NCBI GenBank assembly: GCA_028345515.1
Contig: JAOMDP010000001.1
Coordinates: 53,318-117,317 of the forward strand
Source of the DNA: Nitrospinota bacterium
Lineage (GTDB): Bacteria > Nitrospinota > Nitrospinia > Nitrospinales > VA-1
Direction: 5' to 3'
DNA length: 64,000 nt
The position numbers were made by a program, and so were the translations under genes. Numbering within the stretch: the stretch's first letter is position 1; each line of letters opens with the position of its first letter. This document shows positions 36,555-46,300 of this stretch, piece after piece. The notes beneath the pieces are model-generated. The model made no database searches and was not told the DNA's origin. It saw only the letters and a program-made list of their open reading frames with translations.

Positions 36555-36968
36555 TTAATTAATTATAGGCACAGCTGTTGTGGCGCTCACATTGTCAACT
36601 GTAGCCGTTACAAAAGCGACTCCTCTGGTTGTTCCTGATGTAAGAACAGCAGTTACTACTCCTGCAGCATTCGTAGTCCCTACCGGATCTCCAGATATAG
36701 TTCCAATCGTCCCTAGAGTAGTCGTTAAGGTTACGGTGGAACCAACGGTCGGAGTATTTTGGCTAGAAAATACTTCCACTCGAATGGTTGCCGTGCTTGT
36801 ACCATTATTTTTAATCCCTGCTCCTCCGAATATACCCTGAATACCCACGGTATTTCCCAAGGCACTTGGGCCCGTTAAATCTTCAACTACTGCCTGACAG
36901 CCGATGAAAATTAAAACAGCGATTAAAATTGAAAGAGACAGTCCTTTAAGATATTTTAAATTTTTCAT
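36555..36968 (-). CDS. Lipoprotein with Big_1-like Ig domain, embedded in the flagellar operon
   Basis: Lipobox FIGC. A Thr/Val/Gly-rich beta-sandwich-like sequence (ATIRVEVFSSQNTPTVGSTVTLTTTLGTI...GVAFVTATV). It starts 6 nt after the flgH stop. Confidence 0.55.
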   Translation of the reverse strand: MKNLKYLKGLSLSILIAVLIFIGCQAVVEDLTGPSALGNTVGIQGIFGGAGIKNNGTSTATIRVEVFSSQNTPTVGSTVTLTTTLGTIGTISGDPVGTTNAAGVVTAVLTSGTTRGVAFVTATVDNVSATTAVPIIN

Positions 36969-36974
36969 AATTTT

Positions 36975-37703
36975 TTAGAATGGCCAAACCTTACTTAAAA
37001 TTTTAGCCAACCAACCTTTTCTTTGTTCATCCGCGACCACACCCTCGCCTGTATAGCTTATTGAAGCGTCAGCGATGAATGTTGAAGGAATTGTATTATC
37101 AAAATTTATATCTTGAGGGCGAACAACTCCGCGCAATACCATGATCTGCTCTTCGTTATTTACCGTTACTGACCTTCGACCTTCAATCCTCATATTTCCA
37201 GAGGGCATTATTTCCGTGATCATAGCTGAAATAGTTGCTGTTAGAGTTCCGTTACGGGTTACCGTTCCTGCACCCTTATTTTGGTTAGCAATCGTTGCAT
37301 TAACCGTTGGGTCCAACTGAGTTCCCATACCCAAAAAATTCCCAACACCCATGTTACTTGGTAATCCCAAAATGTTGGGTGCTGCCATATTCATTGTGTT
37401 AGATTTTTCAGTATCAGTGGTGGCAGTTGCGCTTGATGTAGCATTTTCGTTTATGGTCACGGTGATGATATCTCCCACCTTGGCAGCCTTATCATCTCCA
37501 AACAAAAAGTTTCCCCTGGTGTTTCCTGGCCAAAGCGCACCTTCCATAGGTTTCTGTAAAGCAGGCTTGGGATATAATTCCTTGGGAATGATCGTTGATT
37601 TACTATCTACCGCCCTGTGTGAAGTTGAACAAGCACTTATAAAAACCAACAAAAACAGGGATACGATTCCTTCTTTTTTATTTTTAAAATATACAAATCT
37701 CAT
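36975..37703 (-). CDS. flgH: Flagellar L-ring lipoprotein
   Basis: Lipobox ISAC; LFGDDKAAKVGDIITVTINENA motif. Confidence 0.9.
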   Translation of the reverse strand: MRFVYFKNKKEGIVSLFLLVFISACSTSHRAVDSKSTIIPKELYPKPALQKPMEGALWPGNTRGNFLFGDDKAAKVGDIITVTINENATSSATATTDTEKSNTMNMAAPNILGLPSNMGVGNFLGMGTQLDPTVNATIANQNKGAGTVTRNGTLTATISAMITEIMPSGNMRIEGRRSVTVNNEEQIMVLRGVVRPQDINFDNTIPSTFIADASISYTGEGVVADEQRKGWLAKILSKVWPF

Positions 37704-38440
37704 TAAAATCTTACCTTCACTGTATTGGAATCCACAAGTCGTCCGTAAATTACCTTTTTCGACTCAATATTTAAAACCCGGACCATGGCATTTTCATAAC
37801 CATCTTCTTTTAGAATTCCCGGTGTAGTTATTGTCATTCCACCCTTTTGTGCCATAATTAAAATTTTATCCCCTCTGTTTCCCAATGCGGGTCTCTTTAT
37901 AAAGTTTGGTATGAGAATTTTCCCAACTGGCAAATTTCTTGCTGCTTCATATCCCAATGCATGATCAATATTTGTTATTGCATTTTGAGAGGGACGTTCT
38001 GTTTGAACGGTTTCAACTCGAATCTCATCGTTTGATAAAATTTCGCCTCTCTTTACTGCTCGTTTTGTTTTTATAACTTGTTGCGATACCAGTACTTTGG
38101 TATTCAAGCGAATTCTTTTTTGAAATTGATCATTAATTCGTATTTCCAAAATCATGGGTACTCTGCCCGCTCTTTGACTACTTCCCATTATTTTGTAGAT
38201 TAAATCTTTTTTGCCAGAAGGTAGGGTAATATCCTTACCCTGGTAATAAACATTGATTTCAAGTGATTCTTTGTCCCATGGCAATGCCTTTACCAAATGA
38301 TCCACTGCACTTTTTTCAATTTCATCTACTTTTAATATTTGTGTCTCTGAGGCATTAATATTTCTCTCAAAAATTAAAGATAGGCACAAGCAAACCAACA
38401 TAATGCAAAATAATTGAAATCTACTGTTATTAAATATCAT
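37703..38440 (-). CDS. flgA: Flagellar P-ring assembly chaperone FlgA
   Basis: SAF/ChapFlgA-type C-terminus (GDKILIMAQKGGMTITTPGILKEDGYENAMVRVLN). It overlaps the flgH start by 1 nt. Confidence 0.8.
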   Translation of the reverse strand: MIFNNSRFQLFCIMLVCLCLSLIFERNINASETQILKVDEIEKSAVDHLVKALPWDKESLEINVYYQGKDITLPSGKKDLIYKIMGSSQRAGRVPMILEIRINDQFQKRIRLNTKVLVSQQVIKTKRAVKRGEILSNDEIRVETVQTERPSQNAITNIDHALGYEAARNLPVGKILIPNFIKRPALGNRGDKILIMAQKGGMTITTPGILKEDGYENAMVRVLNIESKKVIYGRLVDSNTVKVRF

Positions 38441-38446
38441 TTGCTA

Positions 38447-39235
38447 TTACCGTTTCATATTATTTGAAATTTGGAGCATTTCATCTGCTGTTTGAACTGT
38501 TCTGGAATTAACCTCGTAAGCCCTTTGGGCTGCAATTAGGTTCACCATTTCTTCAACAACACTTACATTTGACAACTCAAGAAACCCTTGTTGTGTGGAA
38601 CCAAGGTCTATGCTTTGGGGGTTACCAATTTGGGGTTGTCCAGATGCATCTGTTTGTGTATACAAGTTGAATCCTATCGATTGCAAACCTGCTGGATTTT
38701 GGAATGATGCCAGCTGAATATTTCCTACAACCGTTGGTGCTGGTGATCCCGGTTGGGTTACAGCAACGCTGCCCTGCGGGTCCACAGAAATTGATAAAGC
38801 ATTATTGGGAATTGTAATTGCTGGTTGCAACGCCAAACCATCTGCCGTTACCATACGTCCAGTATTATCAAGTTTGAAGGAACCTGCTCGGGTGAAAGCT
38901 AGCGTTCCGTCTGGTTGCGTAATTTGAAAAAATCCTTTTCCTTGGATCGCTACATCAAGAGGGTTCTTCGTTTGGGAAAAATCTCCCTGCAAAAATACTT
39001 TTTGGATCGCCGCAGTTTTTGTTCCCAAACCTAATTGTGCACCGGTAGGTACCTGCTGTCCGTTCGGTGATAGTGTCCCAACCAAACGTAAGTTTTGGTA
39101 TAGAAGATCTTGAAATTCTGGTCGACTTCTTTTGAAACCTACGGTATTTACATTGGCTAAATTATTTGCGATGACACTCACGTTGAGGTCCTGAGCATTC
39201 ATTCCCGTTGAAGCCGTGTATAAAGATCGAATCAT
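38447..39235 (-). CDS. flgG: Flagellar distal rod protein
   Basis: MIRSLYTASTGMNAQ...ANNLANVNTVGFK N-terminus and LELSNVSVVEEMVNLIAAQRAYE C-terminus; 262 aa. Confidence 0.92.
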   Translation of the reverse strand: MIRSLYTASTGMNAQDLNVSVIANNLANVNTVGFKRSRPEFQDLLYQNLRLVGTLSPNGQQVPTGAQLGLGTKTAAIQKVFLQGDFSQTKNPLDVAIQGKGFFQITQPDGTLAFTRAGSFKLDNTGRMVTADGLALQPAITIPNNALSISVDPQGSVAVTQPGSPAPTVVGNIQLASFQNPAGLQSIGFNLYTQTDASGQPQIGNPQSIDLGSTQQGFLELSNVSVVEEMVNLIAAQRAYEVNSRTVQTADEMLQISNNMKR

Positions 39236-39272
39236 TTTGTGATCCCTTTCATCTTTGTAATAATTTTATTTA

Positions 39273-40061
39273 TTAACCTACTCTACCTATTGTATTTACA
39301 GATTGGTCATTCATACTGTCATTGGATTGAATAATTTTTTGATACGTTTCAAAAATTCTTAATGTGCTAATCATTTCGGTCATTTCGTTAACCGTTGATA
39401 CGTTCGAGTTTTCCAAAAAACCTTGATGCATTTTGGTGGTTGTAACTGGCAATTCTTTTTCCTCCGATTCTAAATTTTGGTAGAGACTATCTCCGGTTTT
39501 TTCCAGGGATTTTTCGTTTTCAAAACGTACCATGTTAATAGTACCGACTGAGGTATTTGCCAACCCATTTCCCACTGAAACATTTCCCTGCCCATCAATT
39601 GATATTTTTCCCAGAGCGCTTATAACAACAGGGTTATTATTAATATCCAAAACCTGGTTTCCATTTTGGTTTACCAATTGTTTGTCAGTGTTGAGTCTAA
39701 AGTTTCCATTTCGGGTGTATCGTGGACCCTCAGGTGTTTTGACCTTAAAAAAACCTTCCTGATCTAAAGCCAAATCTAGGGTTCCTCCGGTTTTCTTTAA
39801 AACTCCGGCTTTAAAATCCGTGTAGTAATCTGTTATTCCCACATAAGAAATATTTTTGTTTGATTTTTCGGGAGATAAAAGGGCGTTTTTGGCCTCTTCC
39901 ATTCCTGTATCTGGTGGAAAGGGGGGCATCATTTCTTTAAAAACTAAACCGTCCCGTTTATAGCCTGTGTTATTAACGTTTGCTAAATTATTAGCAATCA
40001 TTTCCATTTTTTTAGCCTGCTTCATTCCAGCAGAGGCCGCTATGTATATGCTTTCATTCAT
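39273..40061 (-). CDS. flgF: Flagellar proximal rod protein FlgF
   Basis: Rod-family N-terminus (ANNLANVNNTGYK) and C-terminus (LENSNVSTVNEMTEMISTLRIFE). It sits upstream of flgG. Confidence 0.85.
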   Translation of the reverse strand: MNESIYIAASAGMKQAKKMEMIANNLANVNNTGYKRDGLVFKEMMPPFPPDTGMEEAKNALLSPEKSNKNISYVGITDYYTDFKAGVLKKTGGTLDLALDQEGFFKVKTPEGPRYTRNGNFRLNTDKQLVNQNGNQVLDINNNPVVISALGKISIDGQGNVSVGNGLANTSVGTINMVRFENEKSLEKTGDSLYQNLESEEKELPVTTTKMHQGFLENSNVSTVNEMTEMISTLRIFETYQKIIQSNDSMNDQSVNTIGRVG

Positions 40062-40399
40062 TTATAATTTTCCAAAATATTAGTTTTTTATTAATTTAAG
40101 CAAAAGATATACCAAAAAAAAATTTAACTCGATTTTATTTCTTTTTTTTAAATTTAAACCTTTAAATGTATATATTTAATTATCTTTTTCATTTTATTCC
40201 TTTTATTTTTATTTTAGAATTTTGTCAAAAATTTTAGGAAGATTATGCCTTTGAGTCAAAAATCCTTGCTATTTATACTTTTTTACCCTGGGTTAATATT
40301 TTTTGATAAAAGGTTAAAATTGGGTTTTAATGAATCGTTTTTTCTCATGCTATAATCCAATTAATAACTTTTTAGGAACCAGATAATTTAGAGGAAAAG

Positions 40400-40714
40400 A
40401 TGGAAATTATTTCAGTTGATGATTTACACGGGAAAATCGATGGGTTGGGAGATAAAGATTTGATTTTAGATGTTCGCTCTCCTGGCGAATTTAACTCTGG
40501 ACATATTAAAGGGGCTAGAAATCAGGATCACGAAACCGTCACCGAAATTGTGGACGAGTTAAAGGAATATGACACTGTTTATGTTCATTGCAAGATGGGT
40601 GGCCGTGCCAAGATGGCCTCAGAATCCTTGGAAAATGCCGGACTTACCAATGTTATTTGTGTGGGTAATGGTGGGATGGAACGCTGGGGTCAGATGGGCT
40701 GGCCTGTAGAATAA
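40400..40714 (+). CDS. Single-domain rhodanese (sulfurtransferase)
   Basis: Active-site loop HCKMGGRA (C-x4-R); 104 aa. Confidence 0.85.
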   Translation: MEIISVDDLHGKIDGLGDKDLILDVRSPGEFNSGHIKGARNQDHETVTEIVDELKEYDTVYVHCKMGGRAKMASESLENAGLTNVICVGNGGMERWGQMGWPVE

Positions 40715-40730
40715 TAAAATTCTTTTTATA

Positions 40731-40789
40731 AAAAAAAACCCAGGAAAAGAAGCTCACTAGTTAGCTTCTTCCCTGGGTTTATTTTTTTT
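40731..40789. terminator. Bidirectional intrinsic terminator between the rhodanese gene and nxrC
   Basis: The sequence is an A8 run, CCCAGGAAAAGAAGCT, an 8-nt loop, AGCTTCTTCCCTGGG, then TTTATTTTTTTT. The stem is 6+8 bp with a small internal mismatch, and U-runs are available on both strands. Confidence 0.75.
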
Positions 40790-40817
40790 GGTCAGGCGGA
40801 TTACTCCGCGCTAAAGA

Positions 40818-41804
40818 CTAGTAATGCAGTGTATTCCACTGAGTTACAGCTTTCTGGCCATTTCTTTCTTTGTTTTGACCATTCCAGACCGCAATCGCCA
40901 TCGGGGTTTTACCCGTTTTGAATTGCGTATCATTGGCATCAGCACTGCTCAAAGAACGTTTGAAAACAACAGACCAACGGTTGTTAGACCAGTTGCCGTT
41001 GCCTTGTACATCCTGATGAGCTTGTGTGGTCAAAGTACTAAAACCTTCAGCATTCAGATCTTCAATGGGTGAAATACGCATTGATGCATCTGAAAGAATG
41101 TTACCGGTAGAACGACCCGCGTTAAATACGCCTTCGTTTTTACCCATACCAAAGTCAGTATAAGTTGAGCGCTTGCTGATATCGCCAGCACCACGATTAG
41201 CGTAGGAACCCGTTTTTGTACCAGATGTATGCGATGTATCCAAACCGCTCAATTTACCAGACGGCTCATACATGTAGTAACTACCGGAACCCATAGCCAT
41301 GTACTTATATTGATCTTCCAAGTCTTGCATGCCAGCATTACCAGTGGAACCAGCACCCTCTTTATTCCAGGTAGCTTTCCACTGCCAAATGTTAACACGC
41401 TCACCATCACCACCCATTGTGAAAGGAGGCTCTTCGCCTGACTGATTCACTGGGAACATGATAGCTGCTTGGTCTTTATACTGCTGAGATTGAACCATAA
41501 TGTCATTACGGGTCGGATCCGTCCAGCTCAAACGAACTGCGATTTCTTTTCCGTTTGTAGCAGCACGAACATTAACCCATTTGGTTGCCGGAGCAGGCCA
41601 CATTGGGTTAGTGATCATTTGGGGATCCATATCCACAACCGTATGCTTATGGAATGTAGGACCATATCGAGTCCAGAAAGGATCATCTGCTTGTAGCGGA
41701 ATAGCCCCTGAGACTTTTACTGCCTTAATGTCGGCCGCATTTGCGCTTGTCATTCCAAGCACGAAAGCAAACAACATCATAATTAAAATAGTTTTTTTAC
41801 TCAC
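40818..41804 (-). CDS. nxrC: Type-II DMSO-reductase-family gamma subunit (EB_dh/heme-b type), putative NxrC
   Basis: Proposed GTG start at 41804, preceded by GAGGAGGG (8-nt spacer), gives a Sec signal (KKTILIMMLFAFVLGMTSANA). The EB_dh-like core includes VNVRAATNGKEIAVRLSWTDPTRND...AAIMFPV and NIWQWKA. Confidence 0.75.
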   Translation of the reverse strand: MSKKTILIMMLFAFVLGMTSANAADIKAVKVSGAIPLQADDPFWTRYGPTFHKHTVVDMDPQMITNPMWPAPATKWVNVRAATNGKEIAVRLSWTDPTRNDIMVQSQQYKDQAAIMFPVNQSGEEPPFTMGGDGERVNIWQWKATWNKEGAGSTGNAGMQDLEDQYKYMAMGSGSYYMYEPSGKLSGLDTSHTSGTKTGSYANRGAGDISKRSTYTDFGMGKNEGVFNAGRSTGNILSDASMRISPIEDLNAEGFSTLTTQAHQDVQGNGNWSNNRWSVVFKRSLSSADANDTQFKTGKTPMAIAVWNGQNKERNGQKAVTQWNTLHY

Positions 41805-41881
41805 AAGTGTTCCCTCCTCGTTAACATACTGTTTACGGGAATTAAAAGTTACGCCCCTCGCCACGAAATTCCGAATGTGCA

Positions 41882-41900
41882 GCGGGTTTATAAAACCCGC
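41882..41900 (-). promoter_or_regulatory. Intercistronic GC-rich hairpin (nxrB-nxrC)
   Basis: GCGGGTTT-ATA-AAACCCGC, a perfect 8-bp stem. It lies 51 nt after the nxrB stop and 78 nt before the proposed nxrC start. Confidence 0.5.
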
Positions 41901-41950
41901 CACACTTCCGTAATAATTACGCCGCAATACTGCGAGCGTCGTTTCGCCTC

Positions 41951-43228
41951 TTAAATTGCACCCGGATGTTCTTCAGGTCTAACATAGAAAGGCTCTTCAA
42001 CCGTAACACGGATGATTTCTTTGCCTTTTCTGTTGAACCCGATGACCGTGTCGTTATACATCTCAAACTTCTTACCGTGAATGTTGGTCTCAAAAATCTT
42101 GGGACCTGGCTCACGTTTCCATTTGAAGATGATACGTTGGGTCGTCCGGAACAGCTGCAATACTCCTAACAGATCACGATCAGGAACCATGTATTGATCG
42201 ATAGAATGATCAACACCCGGGCCAAACATCTGTTGAGAGTAAGATCGCGGAACATGCCTTGACGGAATATAATATCCGTTAGGCTCCGTGCCCAGCTGAG
42301 GATACAACGGTAGAGCAACTTTACGATCCCGAATCAAGTAGTACTGTGGATTATCAGGATCATGCGCCCATTCACCATTGCCACCGATTTTGACAAGACC
42401 CTGTAGTCGGATCTTACCAACACAAGCTGCCATACAACGTGTTTCCATTTGATCACCTTCCGTTAGAGGATCGAGACCCTCAATACGGGGATAACAAGCG
42501 ATACATTTTTCAGAAATACGCGTTGTTCCGCGGAACATCGGCTTTTTGTAAGGGCACTGCTCAACACATTTTTTGTAACCACGACAACGACTCTGATCGA
42601 TTAGAACGATGCCATCCTCTTGGCGTTTGTAGATTGCCTTTCGAGGACACGCCGCCAAACAACCGGGGTACGTGCAGTGATTACAGATTCTTTGAAGATA
42701 GAAAAACCAGATTTTATGCTCCGGTAATACTGACTTCGTGCCGTTATCACCACCAAATGTTCCCTCACGGGACTGGGTGAACTCACGACCATGAGCGGTA
42801 TCTTCACCGAAGTTCGGGAAACGCCACTCTTCATCAGTCGGTACATAACCGATTGCTTGCTGGTTCAAACCGATCTTAGCAGGAGCTTCGAAGATGGTAA
42901 CACCTTCATAAACACCATGGATCGCTTTGTTTGAGGTCTTACGTACGTTCCATACGTTCTGTCCTGGATTTGACTGCTCCAACATTTTCAAGATTTTCCA
43001 ATCCCAAAACTGAGGATAGCCACCGTAAGGCTTCGTTTCTACATTATTCCACCACATATACTCCTGTCCCTTTGAAAAGGTCCAGGTAGATTTATGTGCC
43101 ATTGTACAGGTCTGACAAGCAATACAACGGTTCGTATTAAATACGAAAGTGAACTGCTCTTTTGGATGCTTTTCGTCGTATACATATGTGGCCATACGAC
43201 CCAGCTGCCAGTTATAGACTTCAGGCAT
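41951..43228 (-). CDS. nxrB: Iron-sulfur (four-cluster) beta subunit, putative NxrB
   Basis: Cys groups CIACQTC, CNHCTYPGCLAACP, CRGYKKCVEQCP and CIACYPRIE are typical of NarH/NxrB. 425 aa. Confidence 0.9.
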   Translation of the reverse strand: MPEVYNWQLGRMATYVYDEKHPKEQFTFVFNTNRCIACQTCTMAHKSTWTFSKGQEYMWWNNVETKPYGGYPQFWDWKILKMLEQSNPGQNVWNVRKTSNKAIHGVYEGVTIFEAPAKIGLNQQAIGYVPTDEEWRFPNFGEDTAHGREFTQSREGTFGGDNGTKSVLPEHKIWFFYLQRICNHCTYPGCLAACPRKAIYKRQEDGIVLIDQSRCRGYKKCVEQCPYKKPMFRGTTRISEKCIACYPRIEGLDPLTEGDQMETRCMAACVGKIRLQGLVKIGGNGEWAHDPDNPQYYLIRDRKVALPLYPQLGTEPNGYYIPSRHVPRSYSQQMFGPGVDHSIDQYMVPDRDLLGVLQLFRTTQRIIFKWKREPGPKIFETNIHGKKFEMYNDTVIGFNRKGKEIIRVTVEEPFYVRPEEHPGAI

Positions 43229-43270
43229 TATTATACCTCCTTGTTATTGTTAAAACGTTGAAATATCGAT

Positions 43271-43300
43271 GGTAGCCCTCTCTTTATTAAGAGGGCTACC
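43271..43300 (-). promoter_or_regulatory. Intercistronic hairpin (nxrA-nxrB)
   Basis: GGTAGCCCTCT-(8 nt)-AGAGGGCTACC, a perfect 11-bp stem. It begins 7 nt after the nxrA stop and is not followed by a strong U-run. Confidence 0.55.
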
Positions 43301-43307
43301 TATCACA

Positions 43308-46300
43308 TTAGATTTTCACACGTACATATTGTCCCGCGAGATACATCTCTGCAAAACGATCTTTCAACGGTGATTCTGGGGTATAACCTGTTCGTACTGG
43401 TTCCCAGAGTCCTTTACCATGCAAACCACCATCTTCAGCTTTGGAGAATTTAACCAAGGTTTCTTTCGGTACTGCATTAACCGCATGGTTATCAGCTTCA
43501 TAGCCGTGTTTGAATTTCATCTTGGTTTTTGCTTTATGGAACAGAGTATCAGTCTGATGCATAGGCATTAACCAAGATCGCGTGATGGACTGCTGACCGC
43601 CATACCGGAAGTTACTCTGGTAAGGAGTGGTCATTGACATCGCTCGTCCGTCAGGTCGTTCTTCATGAGCCTTAACGGTACGCTCGGTGGCTATCCACGT
43701 AGCATGCTTCATCATGGTGGTGTGATACGGATATGCTGGATTGTACTTAGCTCGCAACATCAGCCGTGCCACCTTATACCTTGGATCTGAAGGTTTCCAA
43801 CCCATGTATGGTCGATCAGCAGGGTTTGCATCACAATATACATAGTCACCTTCGTTGATACCAAGATCTTTACACAAGAATGGATTCATGTGTACCTGCC
43901 ACTCACCAACACCAGGGGAACGCTTATCCATTCGATAAGGATCACCAAAGTTGTTGTTCCAGATCATGTTCCAGTCAGTGGTTGCCCAAGAACTATGCGC
44001 TGTATGACGTGATTTTGGAGTTACACAATAGAATCGATAACCCTTCTCCCACAAGAAGTTTTTAGTCGTACGTACAGCAGACCAAGGCTTCTTAATGTTT
44101 CGAACGTGACGGAGATCCGGATCTTGCTCGTCTTCCGGGATACCGTAATCATCCGGTCGGATGTAAGGGTTGGTAGATACAATTACGTTCGGCAGGTAAG
44201 GCGTTGCTTCTGGGCCTTCTCTGTGAACGATGAAGTTCTCACCATATTCAATAGCCTCTGCCTCATCATTGTAGAACTGAATTCGGCCGTTAGGCGTATA
44301 GAAAGGTTTAGACTCCGTATACATTTCCCAGAAGGGAGATCGAGGATAGGTTCTGAAAAGCAACAGACAAGCGCCCGGCTCTCCATAACGGCCATTGATG
44401 ATATCATCAATGTTGTAACCCATACCCGTTGTAGAAGTCGTGAACAACCGGCGAATCATAGCTTTGGTTCGGTTAGGAGCTTCACCCTCATATACTTTCA
44501 TATGATCAGCGAAACGCTTGTCACCTGTAACCTCTGCCAACCGGCGTGAGAATTCTCGGTGAATCAAGTTATCATCGATGGTATCGAAGATAGGTTTGAT
44601 TCCCGTTCCACCCCAAATTTGGTGGAAAGGATTAGAACATGCAGAAGTGATTTCATAACTTTCGAACTCTGCCCAGCTGTTCGGAGCAAGTACGATATCA
44701 CTGTACTCACAAGAACCGGTGAACTCGATGTCCTGAGCTACGATCATGTCTACGTTGTTATTCGTGTTGAATACCAACTCATAGAACCACTTAGCATTAT
44801 TGATAACGTTAACGTTAACAAACCAACACAGCTTGGTAGGCGTAGGCATGTGAGAACGTCCTGTGAATACCTTTCGGCCATAGCGCGGGGTATTAACAAT
44901 CAACGCTTTATCACGATGCGCCCAGTAGCTGACTTCCTCACCCTTCAGATAACCTTTAACGTTCTTCCAGTCAATGTTCTTGGAAGAATCGAGAATGGTA
45001 TTAAAAGGATCTTCAGCAACCATAGCTGCAAAACCAGGTCCAGACCAATGAGAGCCTTGGTAGTTACCAGCCTTGTAGTTACCAGCCCATGTATGAGAGC
45101 CAGAACCTTTAGGACCGACATTACCTGTCAGCATCAGAGGTACATAAGACGCACGGTTATGCATCGTTGCATGGAAGTAATGGTTGATACCTTCACCGTA
45201 ATGGATTTCAACAGGCTTGATAGTACCAATGTCTCGAGCCACACGAACAATTAAGTCCTTTGGCGCATGACAGATTTGGTTAACTGTATCAACGTCATAA
45301 TCCTTCAAGTGAATTTTATACATTTCGTAAAGAGGCATAGCCGTAATGGTTTTGCCACTAACGAGTTTAATGTCAAAAACACCGTCCAATGCGGGATCGA
45401 TATTTTTCTTTCTCATCTTAGCGCCAATGTCTTCACGCGTAATGGCAACTGGCTTATCCGTATTGGTATCCCAAACGGTAAAGTCAGGCATCATATCGCG
45501 GTTGAAGTTCTTCATCCACTTCGTGGTGAAGCCGTCTTTTGGCAAGGATTGAGCTTTATAACCCGGAATAAAGTCATCCGGATGCAAACGCACCAACGTA
45601 TCTGTTCGAACCAACAGAGGCATATCTGTATAGTCCTTCACATAGTCGACGTCTACCAAGCCTTCGTCCATGATGATCTTTGCAACACCCAAAAACAGGG
45701 AAATGTCAGAAAGTCCAGCACGAACCGGTACCCAGTAATCCGCTTTCGTTGCAGGCGGATTGTACTCAGGAGCGATAGATACAAGTGTACCACCACGTTC
45801 CATGATTTCTGTATACCAATGCGCTTCTGGCATTTTGTTCTCAATCAGGTTTTTACCCCACTGAATGGTCATCTTCGCATAACGATGGTCAGCGAAGTCG
45901 ATATCAGAGGTCTGCATTCCATGTGTCCAGGAATGTCCAGGAGCCTGATCACCATGCCAGGTGTAGTTAGACCAAGCTCGACCACCTAGTACTTTTCCTG
46001 GGCCTCGACCACGAATGATAGAGTCAAGAAGAGCAACTTGGTTAGCCAAGCGATAAACACCATATTTACCAACAACACCGAGAAGACCCATACCACCACG
46101 ATATTTAAAAGTACGTGGTCCAGATCCGCCCATTGCTTCAATCATTTCAGGCTGATAGCCTTCATTCTTCAGACGCTGGGCACCACGCGCTCCACTGTAA
46201 GCTTTAGCTACAGCAACGTGTCCTTTTGCAAGGTAGGTGAAGGTCTGATCCCAAGTCAAACGAACGAATTCGTCTGTTCCTCGGCTTGTCATCTTATACT

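Noticed and set aside
41805-41927. Long form of nxrC starting at the ATG at 41927 (and the overlapping 65-aa ORF 41917..42114)
   Set aside because: The extension lacks a signal peptide and contains a GC-rich hairpin. A strong Shine-Dalgarno sequence plus GTG at 41804 gives a proper Sec signal. The 65-aa ORF overlaps nxrB out of frame.
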